This document shows, one piece after another, positions 10,116 to 19,351 of a DNA stretch of 64,000 nucleotides. This DNA comes from Salinispira sp. Lineage in GTDB: Bacteria > Spirochaetota > Spirochaetia > DSM-27196 > Salinispiraceae. Position 1 is the stretch's first letter, and each line of letters begins with the position of its first letter. The position numbers and the translations under genes were made by a program. The DNA lies in the NCBI GenBank assembly GCA_965226555.1, contig CBDDDG010000022.1, positions 32,001-96,000 on the forward strand. The letters run 5' to 3'. Under the pieces are notes generated by a model that saw only the letters and a list, made by a program, of their open reading frames with translations, was not told the DNA's origin and did no database searches.

Positions 10116-11132
10116 GTGAATACATATTCCGATAAAGATAAAAAAAAGCTGTTCTCAAAATTTCCGCGTCTGAATTCTGGGAAAATTCTGTCCCGTCTTT
10201 CAGCTATAATCAATCAGAAATTTACCGTTATGCTCATTCCTCATTCTGAGAGAAAAATTGTTAACTTTCAGGTTAATACGCTCCTCATAGCTTTTATCAC
10301 GGTCCTGCTTTTTGGCGTATTCATTGGATTTTTTTACATGACTACTGTATATACCGGTTCAAAGCAGGTTATCAGTGAACAGCAGAATGATCTCATAGTT
10401 ACTCAGGGAAATATCAACACCATCATTGATGAGGTGAGCGATCTGGTCAGCGTCTATAATACTTTTGAAGATACCATGACAGAAGCCCTTCAGGCTCTTG
10501 ACCTTACTCAGGATAGCGACAGCGTTATCAGCGCTCAGGGCGATCTCTCTTCAATTAGCGACCTTCATGAAGTTACAAGCAGTGAAGCTCGGGAAATTCA
10601 TGACATTCGCCGATTACGCGCGGCACTTCTTGAAGCAATTCAACCGCTCGATGACATATCATCGGTTCTTCATTCCGAAAAGCAGTTGCTTGCAGACCTT
10701 CCTACTCTCTGGCCTGTTTCTGGAGGACGTTCAGTCGTTACCATGGAATTCGGCCCGAACATTCATCCCATTGAAGGCCGCTGGTATTTACATAAGGGTA
10801 TTGATATCGCAGGCCCCTATGGTTTACCTATTCTTGCCGCAGCAAATGGACGAGTCATAGAATCGGCATATGATCAGAGTTCCGGGTATGGAAACTACAT
10901 TCTCATAGAGCATAAATACGGCTTTAAGACCCGTTATAGCCATATGGGGTCCCGTTTGGTACGAGTTGGCGACATTGTTTCTCAGGGAAACCGTATTGGC
11001 ACATTGGGGAACACCGGTATTTCTTCCGGAGCTCATCTCGATTTTCAGATTATGCTCGGCACCGAAGTTCTTGACCCAACGAGTTTTTTGAGTATTAAAA
11101 ATAATTTCAGCCGATGGACAGGTAACCGCTAA
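10116..11132 (+). CDS. M23 metallopeptidase (TM + coiled coil + M23)
   Basis: HKGID, YGNY, YSHM, GNTGISSGAHL; GTG start downstream of the repeat. Confidence 0.85.
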   Translation: MNTYSDKDKKKLFSKFPRLNSGKILSRLSAIINQKFTVMLIPHSERKIVNFQVNTLLIAFITVLLFGVFIGFFYMTTVYTGSKQVISEQQNDLIVTQGNINTIIDEVSDLVSVYNTFEDTMTEALQALDLTQDSDSVISAQGDLSSISDLHEVTSSEAREIHDIRRLRAALLEAIQPLDDISSVLHSEKQLLADLPTLWPVSGGRSVVTMEFGPNIHPIEGRWYLHKGIDIAGPYGLPILAAANGRVIESAYDQSSGYGNYILIEHKYGFKTRYSHMGSRLVRVGDIVSQGNRIGTLGNTGISSGAHLDFQIMLGTEVLDPTSFLSIKNNFSRWTGNR

Positions 11133-11133
11133 A

Positions 11134-11676
11134 ATGGAAGCCTACTCCGATGATCATTATGTTAACTCGCTTATAGGCTTCGGGAGCAATTTTCGAGGCG
11201 ACATTGAAATTAGCGGTTTCTTTCGTATTGATGGTGATTTCTCAGGATCCATAAAAACCGAGAGCAGGGTTCTCATTGGGAATAACGGCAGGGCCGATTG
11301 CACTATTACTGCTCGGGTCGTTGTTATCGGAGGTATATTCCGCGGGACAATTTATGCTCACGATAAAATAGTAGCGCTCTCATCAGCATTAATTATCGGT
11401 AATATGTATGCTCCCCGGCTTGTGGCTGAAAATGGCGTGTTACTGCACGGATCACTTATTATCAGCGGCAATTCAAAAGGTAGGCCAAAAAGCAGAACAG
11501 AGAAAGAATTGTCAATCACTCTGAAAAATCCCGGAGAAAAAAATCTCAGAGAAAAAACTCTTGGCGAAAAAAATCTCAGAGAAAAACAGGAGCGCAAACG
11601 AAAGCATCCCCGAATTCCCCGCGTTATCAGAAAGAAACAGAGCGAAATTTTTGCAAAACCTTCAGAGCATTCCTGA
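11134..11676 (+). CDS. Bactofilin (CcmA-like polymer-forming cytoskeletal protein)
   Basis: NSLIG.GS.F.GDI...G..RIDG.F.G beta-helix pattern; basic tail. Confidence 0.85.
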   Translation: MEAYSDDHYVNSLIGFGSNFRGDIEISGFFRIDGDFSGSIKTESRVLIGNNGRADCTITARVVVIGGIFRGTIYAHDKIVALSSALIIGNMYAPRLVAENGVLLHGSLIISGNSKGRPKSRTEKELSITLKNPGEKNLREKTLGEKNLREKQERKRKHPRIPRVIRKKQSEIFAKPSEHS

Positions 11677-11695
11677 GTCAGAATAGGTTCTGCGT

Positions 11696-12181
11696 ATGGA
11701 TAGAATTGACAATTCATTGAAGGGGAAACTTCGCCCGGGTTCTTTTTCATCGAAGGGCAAAAGAAAAACAGCACCTTCCCGTATCTCCGGTTCTGAACAA
11801 AGCAGAACAGGTCTTTTCAACGTTGAAGAAACTGAAGCAGTTCCAATTACCAATGATACCGAACTGCAGGAAGTCGTGAATTCCATTCACCGCCTTGGCG
11901 ACCGACTTTTGAAATATCCTCATCCAGACACTGTTGCCCACTATCGGCAGGCTGTCCGTAATTTCATTAATCATGTTACCGGAAATGCGTATACAACACG
12001 TGAGTATATTTCCCGAAGAGATATTCTTAATCAGAAAAAATATGTTCTCATTCAGACGATAGATGAAAAACTTGATACTCTGTCCCGGAATGTTCTCGGA
12101 AGTCAGAAAAATCAGTTAGATCTTCTCAGTACTATTGAAGAAATTCAGGGTCTGCTGGTAAATCTCATCCATGTGAGCTGA
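11696..12181 (+). CDS. YaaR / DUF327 family protein
   Basis: IH..GD.L..P, Y..AVR.F, EIQGLLVNL. Confidence 0.75.
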   Translation: MDRIDNSLKGKLRPGSFSSKGKRKTAPSRISGSEQSRTGLFNVEETEAVPITNDTELQEVVNSIHRLGDRLLKYPHPDTVAHYRQAVRNFINHVTGNAYTTREYISRRDILNQKKYVLIQTIDEKLDTLSRNVLGSQKNQLDLLSTIEEIQGLLVNLIHVS

Positions 12182-12290
12182 AAATGTGAAAACTCATCGA
12201 AAACTTATCGAAAACTCTGCAAAATGCAAAAAATTTCTAACCATTCTTTAATTATTATAGTATAATGTACACACTTAGGAGGACTATAAA

Positions 12291-14339
12291 ATGTATAGTG
12301 CTACAGAACATGTTGTAAAGCGGAAACTGGTGAATTCTTCACCAATTATTTTGCTTATACTGCTTGTGTTTTTTTTGCTTGTCGGATGTGCGACTCAGTT
12401 GTATGGGGAAGGTCAGGAAGCCTTCACACTTCAGCTGCTCCATTTTGCCGACATTGATGGTAATGAAGAAATTGCGCTTTCTTCTGTCGATGAATTTTCG
12501 GCATTGGTTCAGGCATTTTCAGCTGATGAACAATACGGACCGGCAACTCTTCTGGTAAGTTCAGGAGATAATATTATTCCGGGGCCGCGTTTCTATGCTG
12601 CTGAACAGAGGGCTGTTCGCTCAGTAACGGGGAGTAATGAACCCGGGCATACCGACATTGCATTTATGAACCTGCTGGGAGTAAAAGCTTCTGCCATGGG
12701 TAATCATGATCTGGATGCCGGCCCCGGAGAATTTGCCGATGCAATTAAGGCTGAATCCAGTAATGGTGTGGATTTTCCCGGCGCGGAGTTTCCGTATCTG
12801 TCTGCCAACCTCGATTGGAGTACCGATAACGATACTGCCGAAATAACAGGCAGGAATGGCGCCGATGTTTCGGAGCTTGCCGGTAAGGTAGCTGCCTATG
12901 CCACTGTTGTGGTGGGGGGTGAGAAAATAGGTCTTGTGGGAGCTTCAACTCCTCTTCTTGGTACTATTACCAGCACCGGGGGAATTACTGTTCTGCCGGA
13001 AGATCGATCTGTTACATCTCTTGCTGCAATAATACAGTCTTCGGTTGATGAACTTTCTGCCATGAGTGTAAACAAGATCATTCTTCTTTCGCACATGCAG
13101 CAGATAGCGATAGAGCAGGAGCTCGCTGGTCTTCTGGAGGATGTTGATATTATTGTCGCCGGCGGATCGAACACGCGCATGGGCAATTCTTCCAACATGC
13201 TTTATCCGGGCGATGAAGAGTTCGAGATGGACTATCCCTACAGCGCAACCGATGCCGGTGGATCGCCCACTGTTGTCGTGAATGTTGACGGCGATTACAA
13301 GTATCTGGGGCGTCTGGTTATCTCTTTTGATGAGGATGGTGTACTTCTGAAAAGCTCAATCGATCAGAACCGTTCCCTTAATGGTTCCTGGCCTGCAACT
13401 TCCGAAACTGTTGCTGAAGTCGGCGGGAGAGTGAACGCGGATGTTGTTGCTGTACGCGATGCAATACAGGGAGTAATTAATGCTCAGTATGGTAATGTTG
13501 TCGGTTATACATCGGTGTATCTTGATGGGCGCCGTTCACAGGTCCGTACTGAAGAAACAAATCTTGGTAATCTTTCGGCCGATGCGAACCTTTGGTATGC
13601 AAACCTGCTTTCCGATGAACCAGTTCATGTTTCACTCAAGAATGGCGGAGGTCTGCGCACCGAAATTGGTTCTGCCGTAGTACCGCCGGGCTCGCTGGAC
13701 TATAGTCAGGCTGTATACAATCCTCCGGGCGCAAATGCTGAAGTCGGCACCGATGAAGGAGCCGTAACTGAAGGACATCTGCGGGCAACAATGCGCTTCG
13801 ATAACGGTCTTGTTCTTCTCAGCGCGACCCCCGCGGAACTTCGCGATATCCTAGAACACGGTATAGCCGAAACTGCCGAGGGCGCAACCCCCGGACGCTT
13901 TCCCCAAATTGGCGGCATGCGGATGGTCTTTGACGCATCTCGGCCTTCCGGGCAGCGAATTGTGGAACTAGTGGTAACGGGAGCGGACGGCAGCAGTAAT
14001 GACGTGGTCGTATCCGCAGGGAACCTTGTCGGCGACTCCGAGCGTGTTTATCGTCTGGTAACTCTGAATTTCCTTGCCAACGGCGGCGATGATTATCCCT
14101 TTGTTGATCTGTCTTCACCTGATCGGCAGAATCTCTACGAAGGAACAGGCTTTGGAGAGGAAACCGATTATCCGGACGGAAACCTCGGTAATGATCCGGG
14201 TCGAAACGATTCCTTCAGCTACACGGGCGGTGAACAAGATGCCTTTGCTGAGTACCTGCTGCAGTTTCATGCAAACCCTGCGCGTGCCTTTTCAGTTGAG
14301 GAAACCCCCCGGGCTCAGGACAGGCGGATTTCGTACTAG
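12291..14339 (+). CDS. Bifunctional metallophosphatase / 5'-nucleotidase lipoprotein
   Basis: LLHFAD, SSGD, GNHD, ETNLGNL.AD, NGGGLR, FLANGGD; LVGC lipobox; AGGAGG RBS. Confidence 0.9.
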   Translation: MYSATEHVVKRKLVNSSPIILLILLVFFLLVGCATQLYGEGQEAFTLQLLHFADIDGNEEIALSSVDEFSALVQAFSADEQYGPATLLVSSGDNIIPGPRFYAAEQRAVRSVTGSNEPGHTDIAFMNLLGVKASAMGNHDLDAGPGEFADAIKAESSNGVDFPGAEFPYLSANLDWSTDNDTAEITGRNGADVSELAGKVAAYATVVVGGEKIGLVGASTPLLGTITSTGGITVLPEDRSVTSLAAIIQSSVDELSAMSVNKIILLSHMQQIAIEQELAGLLEDVDIIVAGGSNTRMGNSSNMLYPGDEEFEMDYPYSATDAGGSPTVVVNVDGDYKYLGRLVISFDEDGVLLKSSIDQNRSLNGSWPATSETVAEVGGRVNADVVAVRDAIQGVINAQYGNVVGYTSVYLDGRRSQVRTEETNLGNLSADANLWYANLLSDEPVHVSLKNGGGLRTEIGSAVVPPGSLDYSQAVYNPPGANAEVGTDEGAVTEGHLRATMRFDNGLVLLSATPAELRDILEHGIAETAEGATPGRFPQIGGMRMVFDASRPSGQRIVELVVTGADGSSNDVVVSAGNLVGDSERVYRLVTLNFLANGGDDYPFVDLSSPDRQNLYEGTGFGEETDYPDGNLGNDPGRNDSFSYTGGEQDAFAEYLLQFHANPARAFSVEETPRAQDRRISY

Positions 14340-14356
14340 AATTTCATAATACATAC

Positions 14357-14412
14357 AGAAAGTTTTGCTACTGGAAATTGTGCTTGCGCAATTTTCCACG
14401 GCAAAACTTTCT
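14357..14412. repeat. Palindromic repeat family A, full copy (reverse orientation)
   Basis: AGAAAGTTTTGCTACTGGAAATTGTGCTTGCGCAATTTTCCACGGCAAAACTTTCT, directly followed by an extended -10 (TG-T-TATAAT, TATAAT at 14415-14420). Confidence 0.9.
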
Positions 14413-14448
14413 GTTATAATACTTCCAGTTATTAAGAAGGAGGAAAAT

Positions 14449-16836
14449 ATGTGTGTTAATTTTATGCGGAGAGGAACCCTTTTTCTATTCTGCTCAATGT
14501 TTATTGTATTGATGGCGGGATGTCCAATGCCGGAACCCAATATGGGGGGGGGTAATGTAAGCCCGCCGGGCACAATGGCTGCCCCAACTCTTGAAGCGGG
14601 AGATGAGCAACTCATTGCGACATGGACTGCGCCAAATAACGGCGGCATTACCGGCTATGAGCTGCAATATAGACAATATAGCGCTGACGGCGGAACCACA
14701 TGGTCGGATCCTCCTATTGAAGTCGCCGCGCCCGCCACAAAGACCATCATCACCGGCCTGACCAACGGCAGCAGTTATGAAGTACAGGTACGCGCACGGA
14801 ACAGCGCGGGCACTGGCGGCTGGTCGGACAGCGCATTAGCAAGCCCCGTTGCCGTTCCCCATGCGCCGAACGCTCCCGGGCTTACCCCGGAAAATAGTCA
14901 ACTAACAGTTTATTGGACTGCGCCGACCAGCGATGGTGGCAGCGCCATTACCGGCTATGAGCTGCAATATAGACAATATAGCTCAGACGGCGGAACCACA
15001 TGGTCGGATCCTCCTATTGAAGTCGCCGCGCCCGCCACAAAGACCATCATCACCGGCCTGAGCAACGGCAGCAGTTATGAAGTACAGGTACGCGCCATCA
15101 ACGCGCAGGGCGCAGGCGGCTGGTCGGACAGCGCATTAGCAAGCCCTGTTGCCGTTCCCCATGCTCCCGACTTGCCAAGCCTCACCGTGGAAAATGAGCA
15201 ACTTCGCATTTCATGGGCAGCGCCGACCAACACCGGCGGCAGCGACATTACCGGCTATGACCTGCGCTACGCACTAAACAATTCACCCCTGCCGGACGAG
15301 CCGCAAATTAGCAACACAAGCAATACCTCTCATACCATTATGCAACTGGAAATTGGCAGCCGCTACACCGTACAGGTGCGCGGCATCAACGCTGAAGGCA
15401 GGGGTCCGTGGTCAGAATCCGCAGCGAAAACATTCCCGCTCATTGCGACACAGGTGCCGGAGGGTACGGAGGTCTTTGTCATTCTTTCGACTGTTGACAA
15501 CGCAATTGCCAATGCCGCAAACCCAAACATTACTGTGGTTCCGGTTACTTCCCCGGCATTAACGGTTGTCTTGCCGACAATTGATGCGGCTACCGGAATT
15601 ATTATGGTTACCGCAAGCACAAGCCCAGGAACATATACGGTATCTGGTACAGACGGAGGAAGCGAACTGTTCACCCCCGAAGAGTTCTCTGTTACCCTGA
15701 GTCCTCCTACTAACGCTGCACTGAAAACAGCGGTAGCTAATGGAATATCAAACTGGGGACAAACTGCCGACCTCAACTACATTCTTACTACGGCAATAAC
15801 GGACATGTCCGAAGTGTTCAAAGATAAAACCGCATTCAATGGAAATATCTCGGGCTGGACTGTCAGTTCGGTAACGGATATGTCGTCGATGTTCCATGGC
15901 GCAGGCGCATTCAATGGAAATATCTCGGGTTGGACTGTCAGCGCTGTAACAGATATGTCGGGGATGTTCAATAATGCACGCGCATTCAATGGAAATATCT
16001 CGGGCTGGACTGTCAGCGCGGTAACGGATATGTCGGAAATGTTCCGTGGCGCAACCGCATTCAATCGTGATCTTAATAATTGGACTGTCAGTTCGGTAAC
16101 GACTATGAGCAATATGTTCTATTTCGCAAAAGTATTCAATGGCGATATTTCCGGTTGGGATGTCAGCGCGGTAACAGATATGTCCGGTATGTTCCATAAC
16201 GCAGACGCATTCAATCGTGATCTTAATAATTGGACTGTCAGCGCGGTAACGGATATGTCAGAAATGTTCCGTGACACAAACACATTCAATGGAAATATCT
16301 CGGGATGGACTGTCAGCGCGGTAACGGATATGTCGGGGATGTTTACTAGCACCATCGCATTCAATCGTGATCTTAATAATTGGACTGTCAGCGCTGTAAC
16401 GGATATGTCGGGGATGTTTGCTAACACAACCGCATTCAATGGCGACATTTCCGGTTGGGATGTCAGTAAGGTAACGACTATGGCCAGTATGTTCCTGAGC
16501 GCAATCGCATTCAATGGCGACATCTCCGGTTGGGATGTCAGTAAGGTAACGACTATGGCCAGTATGTTCCTGAGCGCAATCGCATTCAATGGCAACATTT
16601 CCGGTTGGGATGTCAGCTCGGTAACGAGTATGAGCAATATGTTCTTTTTGGCAAGCGCATTCAATCAGAATCTTGAGGAGTGGAAGGCACATTGGACGTC
16701 CGAAACTGGCAACAAGCTCGATGCCAATGGCAAATATACCGGAACCAAAATAAATATGTTTACGGATTCCGGCTTGGATGTGGATACAGATCCTCTGACT
16801 GATGGGAAGCAACCAAATTTTCCGTCATGGTATTAG
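14449..16836 (+). CDS. Surface lipoprotein: 3 fibronectin type III domains + DUF285/BspA-like repeats
   Basis: AAGGAGG RBS, LMAGC lipobox, W..P...ITGY..Y / Y.VQVRA.N..G.G.WS Fn3 motifs, FNxDISxWxVSxVTxMxxMF repeats. Confidence 0.9.
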   Translation: MCVNFMRRGTLFLFCSMFIVLMAGCPMPEPNMGGGNVSPPGTMAAPTLEAGDEQLIATWTAPNNGGITGYELQYRQYSADGGTTWSDPPIEVAAPATKTIITGLTNGSSYEVQVRARNSAGTGGWSDSALASPVAVPHAPNAPGLTPENSQLTVYWTAPTSDGGSAITGYELQYRQYSSDGGTTWSDPPIEVAAPATKTIITGLSNGSSYEVQVRAINAQGAGGWSDSALASPVAVPHAPDLPSLTVENEQLRISWAAPTNTGGSDITGYDLRYALNNSPLPDEPQISNTSNTSHTIMQLEIGSRYTVQVRGINAEGRGPWSESAAKTFPLIATQVPEGTEVFVILSTVDNAIANAANPNITVVPVTSPALTVVLPTIDAATGIIMVTASTSPGTYTVSGTDGGSELFTPEEFSVTLSPPTNAALKTAVANGISNWGQTADLNYILTTAITDMSEVFKDKTAFNGNISGWTVSSVTDMSSMFHGAGAFNGNISGWTVSAVTDMSGMFNNARAFNGNISGWTVSAVTDMSEMFRGATAFNRDLNNWTVSSVTTMSNMFYFAKVFNGDISGWDVSAVTDMSGMFHNADAFNRDLNNWTVSAVTDMSEMFRDTNTFNGNISGWTVSAVTDMSGMFTSTIAFNRDLNNWTVSAVTDMSGMFANTTAFNGDISGWDVSKVTTMASMFLSAIAFNGDISGWDVSKVTTMASMFLSAIAFNGNISGWDVSSVTSMSNMFFLASAFNQNLEEWKAHWTSETGNKLDANGKYTGTKINMFTDSGLDVDTDPLTDGKQPNFPSWY
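14646..15163 (+). repeat. Near-identical Fn3 duplication, 300-bp period
   Basis: 14646-14863 is almost identical to 14946-15163. Confidence 0.9.
15835..16683 (+). repeat. 75-bp (25-aa) DUF285 tandem array, 11 full units + 1 partial
   Basis: TTCAAT (FN) recurs every 75 bp from 15835 to 16660. Confidence 0.92.
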
Positions 16837-16909
16837 TTTCATAGCCCATAGCCCGCAGCGGCTATTGAAAAAATGGCAATTCAACTCAGGCAGGCGCGGA
16901 TTTTCCCCC

Positions 16910-17023
16910 GGATGCTTGGGCGAGCAGGCGCGGAGCGCCGACCAGCCCCGTGCCTGCCTTTTTTCTGATAAGACGGCTGGTCGGGGAGGCTGCGCGGCTG
17001 CTCGCTCATGCGTCTGGATCAGG
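16910..17023. repeat. GC-rich long hairpin, repeat family B
   Basis: CCGACCAGCC/GGCTGGTCGG inner stem plus imperfect outer stem; arms recur at 18422-18523 and 35473-35503. Confidence 0.7.
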
Positions 17024-17307
17024 ATAATATCCCGAAAAAATCGAAACTTTTTCAAAAACTTTTTCATATTCACCGTTCATATGTATCCCGTCTATATGGT
17101 ATGAGCAAAAAGTATATCGGCACAGAGCATACCAGCCCCCGCATTCCCCAATCCCCTGAAAAAAATCACAACATTCTTTCAAATTCTCTCAAAATACATA
17201 GTTAAAAATGACTTTTTACCCGTTATAGATATAGAGGGAGAATTCACCATGGGACCATGTCGCCATGGGAGCTCCCCTATTCAGAAAAAAACGTTCAGGA
17301 GGATTGT

Positions 17308-18408
17308 ATGATCGATTTCAAAGAAAAACCCGCCCCCGTTCCCTACGACCAAGGCTACCGCTCCCTGCTGTTCCAACCCGCAATAATGCTCCAATTTCTT
17401 CAACGCTTTGTCGGAGGCGCATGGACGAAAAAACTCCGAACCGAGGACATAACCATTGAAAACGGTACCTTTTTCATCGACCATGCAAAAACACGGATGG
17501 CCGACATCGTCTGCAAAATAACGCAGAAGGATCACACGGGAGATGTTGCTATCTATGTGCTCCTTGAGCATCAGTCCGGCGTGGACAAAGACATGCCCTT
17601 CCGCATGTTGGAATACACGCACCTTCTCTGCCGGAACATTCGCAGCTCCGGCACAATTCCCGATGACTGCGAGTTGGTATTTCTGCCCATTGTGTTCTAT
17701 AATGGAGAGCAAAGGTGGAAGGTGCCCGGGAATGTCAGAAAGCAACGGAAGCGGGAATTCCCGCAGTATCTTGCTCCTTTTCCCTACGATCTGATACGCG
17801 TGACCGATTATTCTGCGGAGCAGTTGCAGCAGCGGGGAAGAATGTTTGCGGCTGTTATGTACCTTGATCTGTACTCGAAAAATCTGCTGAATACGGATTG
17901 GGACATTCAGAAGACGGAGAAAGCGATAGCAGGAATGCTGAATGAAGAATCGCTGGAGCTGATAGAGGAATTTATCGGCGTGGTAGATTCTATGTTTGGA
18001 ATTGTTATAGACTTCGATACGTTAATGAACCAATTACAAAGAACAAAAGAACCGAGAGGTAAGGAGGTAGCAAAAATGTTCAGAATGAATGCGGAAACAT
18101 TCAAAGCGCACATTGCGGAGATGGGTCGGCAGGAAGGACTACGAACAGGTCGTGAAGAAGGACTTCAGAAGGGGCTACAGACAGGTCGGCAGGAAGGACT
18201 TCAGACAGGATTGCAGACAGGCCGTGAAGAAGGACTTCAGACAGGACTGCGAACAGGTCGACAGGAAGGTCGCGCGGAGGGGCATATTGAGGAGCGGAGA
18301 AAAAACGCCCGCAGTATGTTTTTGGAAGGGTTGTCGACCGAGGCTGTTCAGAGGATTACCGGGCTGAGCGATGAGGAAATGCGGACATTGCGGAACGGAT
18401 CGCATTAA
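17308..18408 (+). CDS. Rpn/YhgA family PD-(D/E)xK protein (RpnL)
   Basis: YD..YR.L, ADIV, LLEHQS, MPFRMLEY, PIVFYNG, C-terminal EG repeats; AGGAGG RBS before ATG 17308. Confidence 0.9.
   Translation: MIDFKEKPAPVPYDQGYRSLLFQPAIMLQFLQRFVGGAWTKKLRTEDITIENGTFFIDHAKTRMADIVCKITQKDHTGDVAIYVLLEHQSGVDKDMPFRMLEYTHLLCRNIRSSGTIPDDCELVFLPIVFYNGEQRWKVPGNVRKQRKREFPQYLAPFPYDLIRVTDYSAEQLQQRGRMFAAVMYLDLYSKNLLNTDWDIQKTEKAIAGMLNEESLELIEEFIGVVDSMFGIVIDFDTLMNQLQRTKEPRGKEVAKMFRMNAETFKAHIAEMGRQEGLRTGREEGLQKGLQTGRQEGLQTGLQTGREEGLQTGLRTGRQEGRAEGHIEERRKNARSMFLEGLSTEAVQRITGLSDEEMRTLRNGSH
18076..18408 (+). CDS. Putative intragenic small protein RpnS (110 aa), in frame with RpnL
   Basis: TAAGGAGGT at 18060-18068, 7 nt before in-frame ATG 18076. 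Confidence 0.7.
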   Translation: MFRMNAETFKAHIAEMGRQEGLRTGREEGLQKGLQTGRQEGLQTGLQTGREEGLQTGLRTGRQEGRAEGHIEERRKNARSMFLEGLSTEAVQRITGLSDEEMRTLRNGSH

Positions 18409-18421
18409 TTGACGTTGCTCG

Positions 18422-18523
18422 GCCTGCTCACCCAAGTATCCTGCTCGCCATGCGACTGTTGCTGGGGCTAGGGGCTGGTCGGAGGCTTGCGCCTCCTGCT
18501 CGCCATGCGTCCGGGCTGGTCAA
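18422..18523. repeat. Repeat family B arms downstream of the Rpn gene
   Basis: GCCTGCTCACCCAAGTATCC is an 18/20 inverted match of 16910-16929; GGCTGGTCGG...CTGCTCGCCATGCGTC resembles 16975-17014. Confidence 0.7.
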
Positions 18524-18546
18524 TAAAATATCCCACAAATTTACTG

Positions 18547-18583
18547 AGAAACTTTTGCTTTTTGCAAAACTTTGTACTATAAT
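18547..18583 (+). promoter_or_regulatory. Collapsed family A repeat forming a promoter
   Basis: AGAAACTTTTGC-TTTT-TGCAAAACTTT; TTGCTT-17-TATAAT, 7 nt before ATG 18591. Confidence 0.65.
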
Positions 18584-18590
18584 AGATGAT

Positions 18591-19259
18591 ATGAAATACG
18601 AAATATTTCATCGGCCAAGTTATGCCATGTTAAAGCTTAACCTGCCCGATGCTGAAAGTGTTATTGCAGAAGCAGGCGCAATGGTCGCCATGAATACTGC
18701 AATGACCATAAAAACGCACGCGCGTGGCGGCGTTCTGAAAAGTATGTCAAGAAGTCTTCTCGGCGGAGAAAGTTTCTTTGTCAATACATTTACCAGCAAT
18801 GGAGACGGTGAACTGGTGCTTGCCCCCAGGCTTCCCGGCGACATTATCGCCCGGGAGCTGAATGGTCAGACACTGTTTGTACAATCCGGTTCCTTCATTG
18901 CTGCCACACCCGACGTTGAAGTAGATACAAAGTGGGGAGGTACCAAGGGTTTCTTCTCAACCAAGAACTTTTTTCTGCTGCGCTGCAGCGGAAATGGAAC
19001 TATTTTTCTTTCATCGTATGGGGCCATTGAGGAAGTTACCCTTGAAGCAGGGCAGCGTTATGTTGTTGATACTGCCCATACGGTGGCCTTCGATGAATCG
19101 GTGCAATACGCCATTAAAAGCAGCGGAAAAATAAAAACCCTGCTTTTCAGCGGTGAAGGACTTATATGCGAATATACCGGCCCCGGTCGGATATACTATC
19201 AATCGCGGGACATAACAGCTCTTGCCAATATCATTGGCCCCATGGTTGCGCAGAAATAA
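18591..19259 (+). CDS. TIGR00266 / AIM24 family protein
   Basis: AE.GAM, GGESFF.N.F, PGDI, YGAI, VDT.H.VAF, SGEG. Confidence 0.88.
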   Translation: MKYEIFHRPSYAMLKLNLPDAESVIAEAGAMVAMNTAMTIKTHARGGVLKSMSRSLLGGESFFVNTFTSNGDGELVLAPRLPGDIIARELNGQTLFVQSGSFIAATPDVEVDTKWGGTKGFFSTKNFFLLRCSGNGTIFLSSYGAIEEVTLEAGQRYVVDTAHTVAFDESVQYAIKSSGKIKTLLFSGEGLICEYTGPGRIYYQSRDITALANIIGPMVAQK

Positions 19260-19271
19260 ACGATAATTACA

Positions 19272-19326
19272 TAGAAACTTTTGCATTGGAAAATTGTGCT
19301 TGCACAATTTCCAGTAGCAAAAGTTT
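19272..19326. repeat. Palindromic repeat family A, full copy
   Basis: TAGAAACTTTTGCATTGGAAAATTGTGCTTGCACAATTTCCAGTAGCAAAAGTTT between convergent genes. Confidence 0.92.
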
Positions 19327-19351
19327 GACGTATGTAATTCCCAATAAAAAC

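Noticed and set aside
10116..11676. M23 peptidase + bactofilin as a novel system
   Set aside because: Already established cell-shape module (Csd/CcmA-type)
14365..14448. ORF-track N-terminal extensions (also at 10035, 36138, 49312, 54359) and small ORFs reading LEIAQAQFSNA or MQKFL
   Set aside because: They are translations through family A repeats; better starts lie downstream
15835..16683. 75-bp array as CRISPR or DGR template/variable region
   Set aside because: It is an in-frame protein repeat; no reverse transcriptase is present and variation is not adenine-specific
17308..18408. Rpn as an IS transposase with terminal inverted repeats
   Set aside because: It is a PD-(D/E)xK family protein, not DDE or HUH; no target duplication was seen; the flanking matches belong to repeat family B
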